From Macrostomum hystrix (Eukaryota; Animalia; Platyhelminthes): 64,000 nt of DNA. Position 1 is the first letter of the stretch. Every line of letters begins with the position of its first letter. A program made the translations under genes and the position numbers. Location: contig CATNEN010000024.1 of assembly GCA_950097015.1 (NCBI GenBank), positions 868,001 through 932,000 on the forward strand, given 5' to 3'. Below the pieces are notes generated by a model. It ran no database searches. It saw only the letters and a program-made list of their open reading frames with translations, and had not been told where the DNA came from. Positions 34,501-46,700 of this stretch are shown piece by piece.

Positions 34501-37050
34501 CCCTCAAAGTTGAGTTGAGGCACTAGCGGAGTCAGTGGGTCGCAGCTGCGATCAATGATGATCAGGTTGTCAATCTGGGGCACAATAGCGGCAGCGTCCT
34601 CCAGGTCGTACTCACGCCGCATTCGAATGATGTTGTCACACACTCGCTAAAAAATCAACATTAGTGGAAGCAATTTAGTTTATGGACAGTTCCACACCCT
34701 CTGCCACCAGTGCCACTTCACCAGACTGCAACTAGCCACACCCTCTGCCACCAGTGCCACTTCACCAGACTGCAACTAGCCACACCCTCTGCCACCAGGG
34801 CCACTTCACCAGACTGCAACTAGCCACACCCTCTGCCACCAGTGCCACTTCACCAGACTGCAACTAGCCACACCCTCTGCCACCAGTGCCACTTCACCAG
34901 ACTGCAACTAGCCACACACTCTGCCACCAGGGCCACTTCACCAGACTGCAACTAGCCACACACTCTGCCACCAGGGCCACTTCACCAGACTGCAACTAGC
35001 CACACCCTCTGCCACCAGGCCCACTTCACCAGACTGCAACTAGCCACACCCTCTGCCACCAGGCCCACTTCACCAGACTGCAACTAGCCACACCCTCTGC
35101 CACCAGGGCCACTTTTTGCTTCTCGCACCACGGGCCCTAAGTTCGATTCCACGGCGAGTCCACATTTATTTGGGGCGCAGCCGCGGAGAGAAGGCTTGGT
35201 TTGGGGGCTTGTCGTGCAATTTACGCCCTTGAGGGCCGACCTCCAAGGCACAGTGAGAGTGTACACTGCCTGACGATGAGAAAGTCAGGCCAGATGTACA
35301 CACCTGTGTGAGCGTATGCCCGCGTACAGTGTCTGTGTGCGTGTGTGCTCAGGAGTCAGCGAAATGGGCATTTGCCTTCCCGCTGGCTGTACGTCTAGTG
35401 TCACTAAATGATGTGCCATTGCCCGCAGCCCTCCTGAAATTATTGTTATTACCCTAGCTGCTTCTCCTTTGCAGGCAATGTTAGGAATAATGCCAAACAC
35501 AGTTTGAATTTTCATGATAGCCCGAGACAGGTAATGCAATGACGATATGTCGCTCTTCAGATGATAGTCCTGCGAATAGAAATTTGACAGGTGAGTGAGT
35601 TATTAAAGACACAGAGACTTAGCGGTGTTGACTCACTGCGTTTAAGTGTATTTTTTAGAGAATAAAAATAGCAGAGACCCGACATGAAATATTATTAGCC
35701 TTGGGTCCTGAAGTCCTGTAGGTGAAATAACAGTGGAACTCGACTGAAGGACAGAGAGCAGTAACCCTGAAGGACAGAGAAGAGTGACCCTGAAGGACAG
35801 AGAAGAGTAACCCTGAAGGACAGAGATGAGTGACCCTGAAGGACAGAGAGGAGTAACCCTGAAGGACAGAGAAGAGTGACCCTGAAGGACAGAGATGAGT
35901 AACCCTGAAGGACAGAGAAGAGTGACCCTGAAGGATAGAGAAGAGTGACCCTGAAGGACAGAGAAGAGTGACCCTGAAGGACAGAGATGAGTAACCCTGA
36001 AGGACAGAGAAGAGTGACCCTGAAGGACAGAGAAGAGTGACCCTGAAGGACAGAGATGAGTAACCCTGAAGGACAGAGATGAGTAACCCTGAAGGGGAGA
36101 GAGGAGTGACCTGAAGGACTAAGAAGAGTGACCTGAAGGACAGAGAGGAGTAACCCTGAAGGGGAGAGAGGAGTGACCTGAAGGACTAAGAAGAGTGACC
36201 TGAAGGACTAAGAGTGACCTGAAGGACTAAGAAGAGTGACCTGAAGGACTAAGAAGAGTGACCTGAAGGACTAAGAAGAGTGACCTGAAGAACAGAGAGG
36301 AGTGACCAGAATATGTTTTAGAAGATATTCATACGAATTCCTTGAAGAATGTTTCTGAAGATGTAATTTCTATTTAAGAACGGGCAATCACATTGTACCA
36401 ACCCGGAAAGCATTCGGCCAATCGCATAGCAGCAAATCATTGTCAAACGGCAGCAGATCCAATTGAAACTCCATTAGTTGAACCCGGTTGAGATCGACTT
36501 TGAGTTCGCGTAGTAAATTCTCGCACGGTACGGTTTTGTTTGGCACAAATAATATTGCAGCGGATTTGCCGCTCTGCAGTTTCGATCTATAGTGCAAAAA
36601 AATTAAAACATGTCGCTTCTACGCTCGTATTTCAATACATTCAAGTCTTAATCAGTAGCTCGTAACAACTGCCAGAAGCTTACTTATCATTGACATAGGT
36701 GGCCACGTGCTTGATAACAGTGGGATCCGGGCGCACCAGAAACACGGCCATGTCGCATTCAGCAGGAGCAGCACTAATACTGCCGTTGGCATCAATTGAG
36801 TACATTGTGTGCACTTTGTGCTGCTTGAGAGCGCCAGTGTCTACCACCATGTTTACTGGAGTCATTAGCGGTTTGTCCCACACTAAAAGGAGCTGAATTT
36901 CAGAGAGAGAATCAATACACATTCCTCAAAGCAAAAAATGCATGAAAATCTGATAAACCTTACATTCTTTCCTTTCAATGAGTCCAGGAGGGCAAGCAAT
37001 TCATTTCTCAGCAGGTCTTTTAGTCGACCAACATTGCCCAGGTGAGTCAT
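28595..37050 (-). CDS. VPS33A: Vacuolar protein sorting 33A (Sec1/Munc18 family, HOPS/CORVET subunit), ~600 aa, 10 exons
   Basis: Exons 37050-36964, 36892-36684, 36586-36403, 35569-35453, 34646-34469, 32220-32057, 31360-31028, 29529-29223, 28928-28812, 28701-28595; phases consistent. Motifs [104 protein letters not shown] match recalled human VPS33A. Confidence 0.95.
29015..29195. repeat. 22-bp intronic minisatellite (GTTCTCAATGACCCAGGAGGAT)
   Basis: ~8 copies ending ~25 nt from a VPS33A donor site. Confidence 0.9.
29625..30630. repeat. 24-bp intronic minisatellite (CTGTCATTCTAAAGGTCATCAGAA), ~42 copies
   Basis: Source of the [11 protein letters not shown]. Confidence 0.97.
30710..30985 (+). 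mobile_element. SINE family B, full-length (tRNA-derived head)
   Basis: TAGCCTAGAGG (A box)...GGGTTCGATTCCC (B box), then TTTGTGTCCTCTAGCAAGACAC and a body shared with 53835-54058. Confidence 0.82.
31390..31910. repeat. 17-bp intronic minisatellite (GACAATATGGGATCTCT and variants)
   Basis: Direct tandem copies beginning ~30 nt from the exon acceptor at 31361. Confidence 0.93.
32315..34378. repeat. 23-bp purine-rich minisatellite (GAAGGAATGGGAGAAGAGGCCMT), ~90 copies, with a 300-bp higher-order period
   Basis: The 24-bp AAATAGG variant recurs at 32721, 33021, 33321 and 33621; the array fills ~90% of a VPS33A intron. Confidence 0.98.
34692..35112. repeat. 44-bp intronic minisatellite (CCACACCCTCTGCCACCAGTGCCACTTCACCAGACTGCAACTAG), ~9.5 copies
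   Basis: Direct tandem copies running into a SINE head. Confidence 0.96.
35110..35452 (+). mobile_element. SINE family A, near full-length, antisense within a VPS33A intron
   Basis: CCCTAAGTTCGATTCC B box, full body, ATTATTGTTATT tail touching the splice donor at 35452. Confidence 0.88.
35745..36308. repeat. 22-23-bp intronic minisatellite (GAAGGACAGAGAAGAGTGACCCT)
   Basis: Tandem copies that shift gradually to a 22-bp variant. Confidence 0.94.
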
Positions 37051-38573
37051 TATAGACTTCAGATAGGCTGCAAACATATAGGTGGACAGTAGCTTGTTAT
37101 TTGAAGGATCCAGAAATAGCTATGGATTTAGAAGCGAAGCACTTTGGTATATAGAAAAAATGTTTTTGCAAGTTGGAACCCAGGACCACTAGAATAAGAA
37201 GGACGGGACACTTCGTTTCTTGGAAAATGTATCAAAGGCGGATTTCGACGGGAAAATGCTCTAGCGAGAAAGGAACTGTTCACGTTTTTATATCCCAACG
37301 TGGATAATGGATATTGAAAGCAGATCCAATGCCGTTCTTTTAATATATAGTGCAAAATATGTTGCTTCACTGAATTTTGGATAGCTTCATTTATGAATAA
37401 GTGATCTCCATATAGTTTTCATTGATTAATAATAAAGAAGTGCCTCATCCTTCTTCTTCTACTGGTCCTTGGTAGGAAAATTTAGATATAATGAATAAAA
37501 AATATGACACTAAATAACAAAAAAACATTGTGTAGTATTGCTAGAGGAAAGTACTTTTCAACCATATGTGAACAAATTTTGCTAAAGTTGAAATGATCAA
37601 GCAAATAAGAAATATACCATATATCTTAGACCGAGCTATATGATTCAGCAGTAAAGCATAGCAAACGATTTTTAGAGGTTGTTACCTAAATTAAGCTTGT
37701 ATATTCTATTGTATAGCTTCAATAGATGCAATTTACTTTTTTGCTTTAGCCATATTATAGCTAGCCCTTGTTGCAGCTAACTATTCCTTCTGCAACAAAA
37801 AAGTGCATATGTTTGATGTTAACAAAAAGATTAAACTTTTTTGTTTAACAAAAAAGTTTTTTTAAGTTTAAACCACTTAATTAATACAGGCATCGATAAG
37901 TGCATTATAAATACAACAAAAATGATAGAAGAAAGTTATATATTTAAATAAATGCCAATTGAAGACATACATATAAATATTTCTTTCTAATAGAACAACT
38001 GCTTCCATACAACTAGACACAACCCTTTAGAACGCCAAGGATTGCATGATAGAAGTGGAAGTTATGATAAAACTAGTTATCAGTCTTAGAAAATTTACAT
38101 ATTAAAAGTGTGCGCATTTAAAATATCTCTTTGCAAGATTTTTTAATTCTGCAACATAGTAAGCAAATATTTATTATGCTTGCAAAAAATTGTTGTCATT
38201 TTTCATGCAAAGACTCATATTTTAAGTAGAAATGTTGTTTGTTCGCTTTATTTAAATCTTGCGAAGTAAAGTCCAGTGAAGTAATTTCTTGGAAATCACC
38301 TTGCAAATACGTAAGCGAAAAATTCACTTATTCAAAGGTGTACTAGGTTGTATCGTTCCTTTGGCTCAAAGTATAAAAGTTACGAAAAGTTATTTACAGT
38401 AAATTTCTATATTGATCTGTAACTTTTATTACGCGTAATTAGTTTATTACGCGTGGCTGAAAGCTAATAGATAGCTCCCTAAAACGTAAATAACGACGCT
38501 CTTTTTAATCGATTAGCTAGCCATTCGTAGACTCGTCTATTAATATTATTATTATTTGCTAAATTTATACGCC
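37051..38573. promoter_or_regulatory. AT-rich divergent intergenic region (candidate bidirectional promoter) between VPS33A and PSMD6
   Basis: Start codons point away from each other, 1.5 kb apart; no repeat arrays. No specific promoter element identified. Confidence 0.45.
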
Positions 38574-41500
38574 ATGCCACTTGAAGACTTCGAAGAAGAG
38601 GGACTGGAAAAGATCCCTGACTTGAAATTAGCACAGAAGGTGTTCTTAGCTTCTTTACATGACTTCAAAGACAATGCTGATTTGCAAAAGCAGATCCTTA
38701 CCACAATCAAGGAATCAAGTAAGCATTTTTTGTTTAGTTTGTTGTTTGTTGTTTTTTGTTGTTTTGTTGTTGTTTTGTTGTTTTTTCGTTACTATTTCGT
38801 TACTACACTATTTCGTTACTACTCTTATAACTGTCAAAGTATTGACTCCATAGTAGTGATTAGGCTGAATATAATTCAGATTTAGATTTGGAATCAGAAT
38901 ACTTTGACATTTTTTGGAATAGAATTATGATTTCTTCCGAAAATCCCAGTATGTGCTTCCAAATAATAGAATTAATTCTTATTTATAAGTTGTCCCTTTG
39001 AGTTGAGTACCTAAACTTATGTCTGTAGAAAAACTGCTTAGTCACCATTTCCAATTTCAGTCATGGCCACACAAAACAAAGCATCAATGGAAAACATATT
39101 GTGGGTCCCTTAAACCTAAAGCCAAAATGTAGAGATGATTTTTTATATGCAAAACTTGAAACAGTCAAAAACTTTGGTATAGCATTTAGGTTTATTCAGA
39201 TGTCCTGCGCATTTTAGTATGCATACACTTTAAACACTATACATTCACTTGACAATATTTTGGCTATATAAAGAATATATTGAAAATGGGAGTCACTTTT
39301 AGTAAAATATTTTTTTATTTTGAAAGATATAAGCATATAATAATTAGGCCTTGAAAATGAGCAGAATAGCAAATTAAGACTTTGTGGTATGTTACTTATT
39401 GAACTATTGCAATGTACAGGATGTCCTAGCTCAGGTTTGTATGAAAATTTGTCTTTAGTCAAGAGAACTTTTTTCTTTTAAAAGTATTTTTCTATTTATG
39501 ACAGGCAAATCCAGCCAATCATTAGACTAAGTTGAAGAAAACCCATTTCAATTCATAAACAGACATGACACCTTACTATGAGCACATCTGCCAGCATCTG
39601 GGCTGGCGAGTTGACCAGACCCTGCTAGGCGAGATGCGCAAAGCTAATCAGGATCGTCTTCACGAGCTAGACACCAAGATTCGCGAGGCCGAAGAGACCC
39701 AGGGTGAGGCCGAGGTACGCAACAGCATGCGCGACAAGGCCTATTATTTGAGCAGCATTGGCGACAAGGCGGCCTCATTGACCATGCTCAGACAGGTAGT
39801 TTTTGTGATTCGTTAAGATCTGACGAAAGTTCATAAATAAAGATAAAGGTCTCTCCTTTTGTCATCGATGTTTTAGTTTTTAATTGTTTATTAATTAAGG
39901 CATTGTGGTCCGTAATTGGACATAATTTGCGCGACAAGCTCCCAAGCTTTCTCACCGCCCCAAATGAATGCGGATTGTGGCCTCACCGCGCAATTGAGCT
40001 TAGAGACTTTTGAGCGAGAAGGCAAAAGCGTTAACCACTCTGCCAAATCATCCAATTGGGTCTTCGCCAAGCAAACCCTATAACTCCAATCGCCGCAGGT
40101 GTACGAGAAGACGGCCATGTCGGGCTACCGTCTGGACCTGATCTTCCACCAGATTCGCTTGGGCTTCTTCTTTAACGATCACGACCTCATCACTAGAAAC
40201 ATCGATAAGGCGGCCGCCCTAGTCGAGGAAGGCGGCGACTGGGACAGACGCAATCGCCTACGAGTCTACAAGGGCCTGCACTGCATGAGCGTGCGAGACT
40301 TCAGCGCAGCCGCCGGCCTGTTTCTAGATACCGTGGCCACATTCACCAGCTACGAGCTCATGGATTATAAAGACTTCATTACCTACACTGTGATGTGCGC
40401 TATGATAGCTTTGGAGAGGCCCGAACTGCGCGATAAAGTTGTACGCGGCTCGGAGATTCTCCAGATTCTGCACAGCCTACCTGAGGTCAAAGCCTACCTG
40501 GACTCGCTGTACCAGTGCCACTATGCCGACTTCTTTCGCTACCTGGCCGGCGTTGAAATCTTTCTGCAACGCGACAGATACCTGCACCAGCACGCTAGGT
40601 TTGTACACTTTAGTGGTTTTTTTTAAAAGAAAAAATGGTGACTTCATGAAGAGATTTAATAAAAAGAGTCAAATGAGATTTTAGATAACGAAGTCTCTAT
40701 GGATTTCTTATGGATTTCTTATGAATGTTGGATCAGCAGGAGACTTAGAAGTTCAGGGATTTCAAGCGATCAGGGGATACTTGGGAGTTTTGGGATTTTA
40801 ACCGATCATGAGGGAGGTTAAGGGAGTTTTGGGATTTTAACCGATCATGAGGGAGGTTAAGGGAGTTTTGGGATTTTAACCGATCATGAGGGAGGTTAAG
40901 GGAGTTTTGGGATTTTAACCGATCATGAGGGAGGTTAAGGGAGTTTTGGGATTTTAACCGATCATGAGGGAGGTTAAAGGGAGTTTTGGGATTTTAACCG
41001 ATCATGAGGGAGGTTAAGGGAGTTTTGGGATTTCTTCCGATCATGAGGGAGGTTAAGGGAGTTTTGGGATTTCTTCCGATCATGAGGGAGGTTAAGGGAG
41101 TTTTGGGATTTCAACCGATCAGGGAATTTTTTATTTCAATCGTTCATAAGGAAGTTTAAGTGATTTTAGGCTATCAGGAAAGGGGGATGGTTTCGGGAAT
41201 TAAGGATTTCAAGCCATCCAAGTTTGATTAATCTAATTAGGGATTCCAACAGTCGGTAGAATGCGAATGGTTTGGGGATTTTAGCCTGATGAAGATAACC
41301 TTGTAATCTACTCAGGTACTACGTCAAGGAGATGCGGATCAAGGCCTACACGCAGCAGTTGGAGTCCTACCGCAGCCTGACCCTGGACTACATGGCCAAA
41401 TCGTTTGGCGTCTCCATTGAATTCATCGACAAGGAGCTGTCCCGCTTCATTGCTGCCGGCCGGCTGACCTGCAAGATCGATCAGGTTAGCCGCATTATTG

Positions 41501-42905
41501 AGACAACTCGGCCGGATAGCAAGAATCATCAGTACCAGGCGAGTGCCCGATCAGCTTATTGTCTTTTTGTCATGGTTTTCTTGCCATATTTTTTGATGCA
41601 TCGAAACTTTCACCTATTCTAAGGATGTTAAAACATTAGCACTACTGTCATTACCCATCATACTATATGGTCATCACCCTCTACAGCCACCATACTATAT
41701 GGTCATCACCCTCTACAGCCACCATACTATATAGTCATCACCCTCTACAGCCACCATACTATATGGTCATCACCCTCTACAGCCACCATACTATATGGTC
41801 ATCACCCTCTACAGCCACCATACTATATAGTCATCACCCTCTACAGCCACCATACTATATAGTCATCACCCTCTACAGCCACCATACTATATAGTCATCA
41901 CCCTCTACAGCCACCATACTATATAGTCATCACCCTCTACAGCCACCATAATATATGGTCATCACCCTCTATAGCCACTATAATATGTGGTCATCACCCT
42001 CTACAGCCACCATAAAATGTGGTCATTGCCCTCTACAGCCACCATAATATGTGGTCATCACCCTCTATAGCCACCATAATATGTGGTCATTACCCTCTAC
42101 AGCCACCATAATATGTGGTAATTACCCTCTACATCCACTATAATATGTTGTCATCACCCTCTACAGCCACCATAATATGTGGTCATCACCCTCTATAGCC
42201 ACCATAATATGTGGTCATCACCCTCTACAGCCACCATAAAATGTGGTCATTGCCCTCTACAGCCACCATAATATGTGGTCATTACCCTCTACAGCCACCA
42301 TAATATGTGGTAATCACCCTCTACATCCACTATAATATGTTGTCATCGCCCTCTACAGCCACCATAATATGTGGTCATCACCCTCTATAGCCACCATAAT
42401 ATGTGGTCATCACCCTCTACAGCCACCATAAAATGTGGTCATTGCCCTCTACAGCCACCATAATATGTGGTCATTACCCTCTACAGCCACTATAATATGT
42501 TGTCATCACCCTCTACAGCCACCATAATATGTGGTCATTACCCTCTACAGCCACCATAAAATGTGGTCATTACCCTCTACAGCCACCATAAAATGTGGTC
42601 ATTGCCCTCTACAGCCACGATAGTATATGGTCAATACCATCTACGAGTGTACGTTCATCATCTTTTCCGTACATCATGCCCTATTATGTGATCTGCACTA
42701 CTCTGCGCACCGACAGTTTTGTAGCGACTCTACCCTGTCACAATACTAAGTTGGACTTATTTTTTTCACCAATCCCTTGTAATTGGCATGCCTCTCTTAT
42801 TTAATCTCCAATCAATACAAAAATCAATTCTTTCAGCTGGTTATCAAGCATGGCGACACGCTGCTAAATCGTCTGCAGAAACTTAGCCGCGTGATCAACA
42901 TCTGA
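38574..42905 (+). CDS. PSMD6: 26S proteasome non-ATPase regulatory subunit 6 (Rpn7), 389 aa, 5 exons
   Basis: Exons 38574-38718, 39563-39795, 40099-40598, 41316-41538, 42837-42905 (last intron GC-AG). [76 protein letters not shown]; same length as recalled human PSMD6. Confidence 0.97.
39920..40060 (-). mobile_element. SINE family A, diverged 5' fragment
   Basis: Reverse complement: GGCAGAGTGGTTAACGCTTTTGCCTTCTCGC...GCGGTGAGGCCACA...CATTCATTTGGGGCG. Confidence 0.7.
40785..41125. repeat. 39-bp intronic minisatellite (GGAGTTTTGGGATTTTAACCGATCATGAGGGAGGTTAAG)
   Basis: ~8-9 copies with degenerate flanks. Confidence 0.94.
41655..42640. repeat. 32/33-bp intronic minisatellite (ACTATATGGTCATCACCCTCTACAGCCACCAT), ~30 copies
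   Basis: 32-bp units change to 33-bp units at ~41970. Confidence 0.95.
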
Positions 42906-43400
42906 GTCCGAACGTACGCTTTTGAGATCTACTTGAGCAACAGTGAACATTTCCCCACCGATCTGACCGTTTTTCTGCTTACTTCAAACGCCTGTCTGTC
43001 TCGCTATGTGCTGCAAAATCTATTTAATTCAACAGTGTGCACATGTGCCCGGTCTAAAACACTTTATAGGTATAAATTACTGACTCTAAAATATATACCC
43101 CGAGTCCTTAACTTTTATAACTAGTTATTCCCTATAGTATAGTAAAAGTTGAAGTCTTGCTTGTTTGTTAAAATACGAGTGAAAGCAAAATATTTAACTG
43201 CTAAAATGTATCAATTCAATTTCAACTCGCAAGTGCATTGAAGTGACGCATTTTAACGTCAAATTTTCTAGTACCCAAACCAACCAATAACAATGTTACG
43301 TGCTTAATAATATCGTTGCTATTATTTGTCTGTAATTTCTTAGTATTCTTTCATTTATACTAGTTTTTTGTAAAACGATTGCCTACGGTTGATCTATTGT

Positions 43401-43720
43401 AGAATTAGTGTCATTATTGTTGATCTGAGGTAGAATTAGTGTCATTATTGTTGATCTCAGGTAGAATTAGTGTCATTATTGTTGATCTCAGGTAGAATTA
43501 GTGTCATTATTGTTGATCTGAGTTAGAATTAGTGTCATTATTGTTGATCTGAGGTCGAATTAGTGTCATTATTGTTGATCTGAGGTCGAATTAGTGTCAT
43601 TATTGTTGATCTCAGGTAGAATTAGTGTCATTATTGTTGATCTCAGGTAGAATTAGTGTCATTATTGTTGATCTGAGGTAGAATTAGTGTCATTATTGTT
43701 GATCTCAGGTAGAATTAGTG
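43401..43720. repeat. 31-bp intergenic minisatellite (AGAATTAGTGTCATTATTGTTGATCTCAGGT), ~10 copies
   Basis: Direct tandem copies just upstream of the synergin start. Confidence 0.96.
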
Positions 43721-43779
43721 CTCCCCTGATGGATCTAAACTATTCCAGATCTAAACTATTATTTTGTGAGTACTAGCAC

Positions 43780-46700
43780 ATGAAAGGCGATTTAATAAAC
43801 GTTTCAGCGCCTGCCCGCATGTACCCATCCTCTGGGCCTCACTATGTGCCACAGCATCATCAGATGCAGCAGCAGCAGCAGCAGCAGCAACATCCAGTTT
43901 CATCAGGAGTCTTACACGCGCCGCAGCTTGTCTTCTATCAGTCCGGCGCAGCGGCGCCTGCTACAACTGCTGCATCCGCGGCTGCAGCAGCAGCAGCGGC
44001 AGCCGCCGAGCGAGAGTGGCAAGCTCAGGAGCAGCGGCGCCGGCTGGAGGATCAGCAGCGAAGGCAGCGCGAAGCCACTAGGCGGCAGTTTCAGAATGCC
44101 ACCAAGCACCCGGCACCCTCAGTTGATGCCCTGATTAGCAGCATTGTCTTTCCTGTAGGAACTAAGCAGCAGCAGCAGCAGCAACCACAGCTGCACGCTG
44201 TCACTGCCTCTTCAATAGCTACAAACAGTGGTGGAAAGAACGCGACTGTAGAAGAGGACGAGTTTGACTCATTTGTTTCATCGCCTATGAAGTCTCAGCA
44301 GCAGCAGCAGCAACAGATGTCTGGATCCGCTTCTAAAAAGCAGACTGAACAACAATCAAAGAAAATTTCTATTGATGACTTTATTTCGGCGAATCTAATG
44401 GCTACTAGCTCAGCTTCGACTGCAGTAACTAAGCAGCAGCCGTCGCAACAGCGGGCTCATGGTCAACTGGTTCAGCATGCAAAGCAGCCTTTGCCACAAC
44501 TTCAGCAGCATCATCCGGCTCTTCAGCACGCTCAGCATATTCCACAGCCTTCTGCTCCTCAAATACATGTGCCGGCTCAGGTCCAGCACATGCCGTCTCA
44601 GGCCCAGCACATGCCACCTCAGGCCCAGCACATGCCACCTCAGGCTCCGCACATGCCGCCTCAGGCCCAGCACATGCCACCTCAGGCTCCGAACATGCTG
44701 ACTCAGGCCCAGCACATGCCACCTCAGGCTCCGAACATGCCGCCTCAGGCTCCGCACATGCCGCCTCAGGCCCAGCACATGCCGCCTCAGGCTCCATACC
44801 TGCCACCTCAGACTCCGCACATGCCGCCTCAGGCTCAACACATGCCGCCTCAGGCTCAACACGTGCCGCCTGAAGTTCAGGTTCCGCAATGGCTGACTTG
44901 CGGGCCGCTGCCACAGTTATATTTGCACGCCTTGCAAGCTTGTCACGATTCCTCCACTGGTCAGTTAGACACAAATCGCATTTATGACATCTTTCTACGG
45001 TCCGGCCTGCCTAGGCCGATTCTTGGTCAAGTTTGGGATCGCGTCAACAGAACTGTGCGCGGCTGTCTAACCGAACCGGAGCTTTGCCAGGCACTGGCGT
45101 TAATTGCACTCTGCCAGCGTCAAGCGGCAACGTTGGGAAGCGCCGAGTCTATTGCTTGCCCGCCGTTGGAGGCTCTGGTTCAACTAACGGAGGCTCCCGT
45201 GCCAGATTTCGGCGTCTCAAAATCGTCGTCATCGCACGTGCCACCAACAGTCAGTATTCTGTCATCGGCTCCATCATCGACATCGTCAGCATTGACGCCG
45301 CCGGCATCTGCGATTTGCGCGACACCGCAGCAGCACTCGCCTAGCTCTGCTGCTAGCCAGCTTGTGTCGACTGTCCCTCGCCGAGAATCGTCAAGCGTTG
45401 CAGACGATGATGGATTTGGCGATTTTGTATCCATTGAGCCATCAGCAGCTTCCTTGGCATCAGCTTCGTCGTCAAAGCAACAGTCGCCCAGTGTCGGCGG
45501 TAGCGGCGTCGGTGCGTCTTCTAACTGGGCTGACTTTTCTGCTTCCAGCAGTGGATTTGGCGGCTTAGGCGGCAGCGGAGGCGGTGGCGTCGCCGTACCT
45601 TATACCTTTGCCGCGTCAACTGGCGACAATTCTGGCGGCTCAAAGTTGAAAGTTGATAGCCTGAAGAGCACAATAGCTAACTTATACAAGCAGCAGCCGT
45701 CCCAGCCGCAGCCGCGAGATCTAGACCTGCCAGTTAGCGTTGAGAAGCACGAATTGGCCGACAATATGCTGGAGGATTCGTTTAACGATTTTGTTGACAC
45801 ATCCGGCTCGTCTAGTGGCTGTTCGCGCAGCGATCAACACACCACAGGCTGCTCTTCGCCCGTCAGCTCGGATCAGCAGTCCAGCTACGATCCCCAGCCG
45901 GCACATGTATATCATTACCAGCGGCATCAGCACCTGCGACCTGCGACAGTTCACAATGAGCAAAGTGACAGCTATAGTACTTCTCATCAGCAGGAAGCTA
46001 GCGATGATGCTGACACTGAATTCGCAGATTTCGCTGCTGCACCCGCTGCTCATCTTGCGTCGCCACCTGTAAATAATGATGTTAAACAGCAGCAGCAGCC
46101 AGTAGTTTCTTTGTTAGTGGATGAAGATGAAGAGGCGCGTCAGCCTGCTAGTGGATTGCAGCAACAGTTTAATGCAGTCAGGTGCGCTTCTAATAATCCT
46201 GATACTCCCAGATTGTCAGGCAGACTAGGCTGCCATCCTCCCAGATCGTCAGGCAGACTAGGCTGCCATCCTTCCAGATTGTCAGTCAGACTAGGCCGTC
46301 ATCCTCCCAGATTGTCAGGCAGACTAGGCTGCCATCCTCCCAGATTGTCAGGCAGACTAGGCCGTCATCCTCCCAGATTGTCAGGCAGACTAGGCCGTCA
46401 TCCTCCCAGATTGTCAGGCAGACTAGGCCGTCATCCTCCCAGATTGTCAGGCAGACTAGGCCGTCATCCTCCCAGATTGTCAGGCAGACTAGGCTGCCAT
46501 CCTCCCAGATTGTCAGGCTGGGCCGTCATACTCCCAGATTGTCAGGCTGGGCCGTCATACTCCCAGATCCTGGACTTTTAGACACAATCCCCCGGATCCT
46601 CAATTTATCCGAAATAGACCTAATCTGGGATTTAGGTCTAATTACAGGCTAATGTGTCTGTGTTTAATGAGCTTGTATTAGATTGAAAAAAACATTTCCT

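Noticed and set aside
44410-44974. Antisense ORFs over synergin (EPEAACA, LRRHVLS)
   Set aside because: Shadows of the 21-bp coding repeat on the sense strand.
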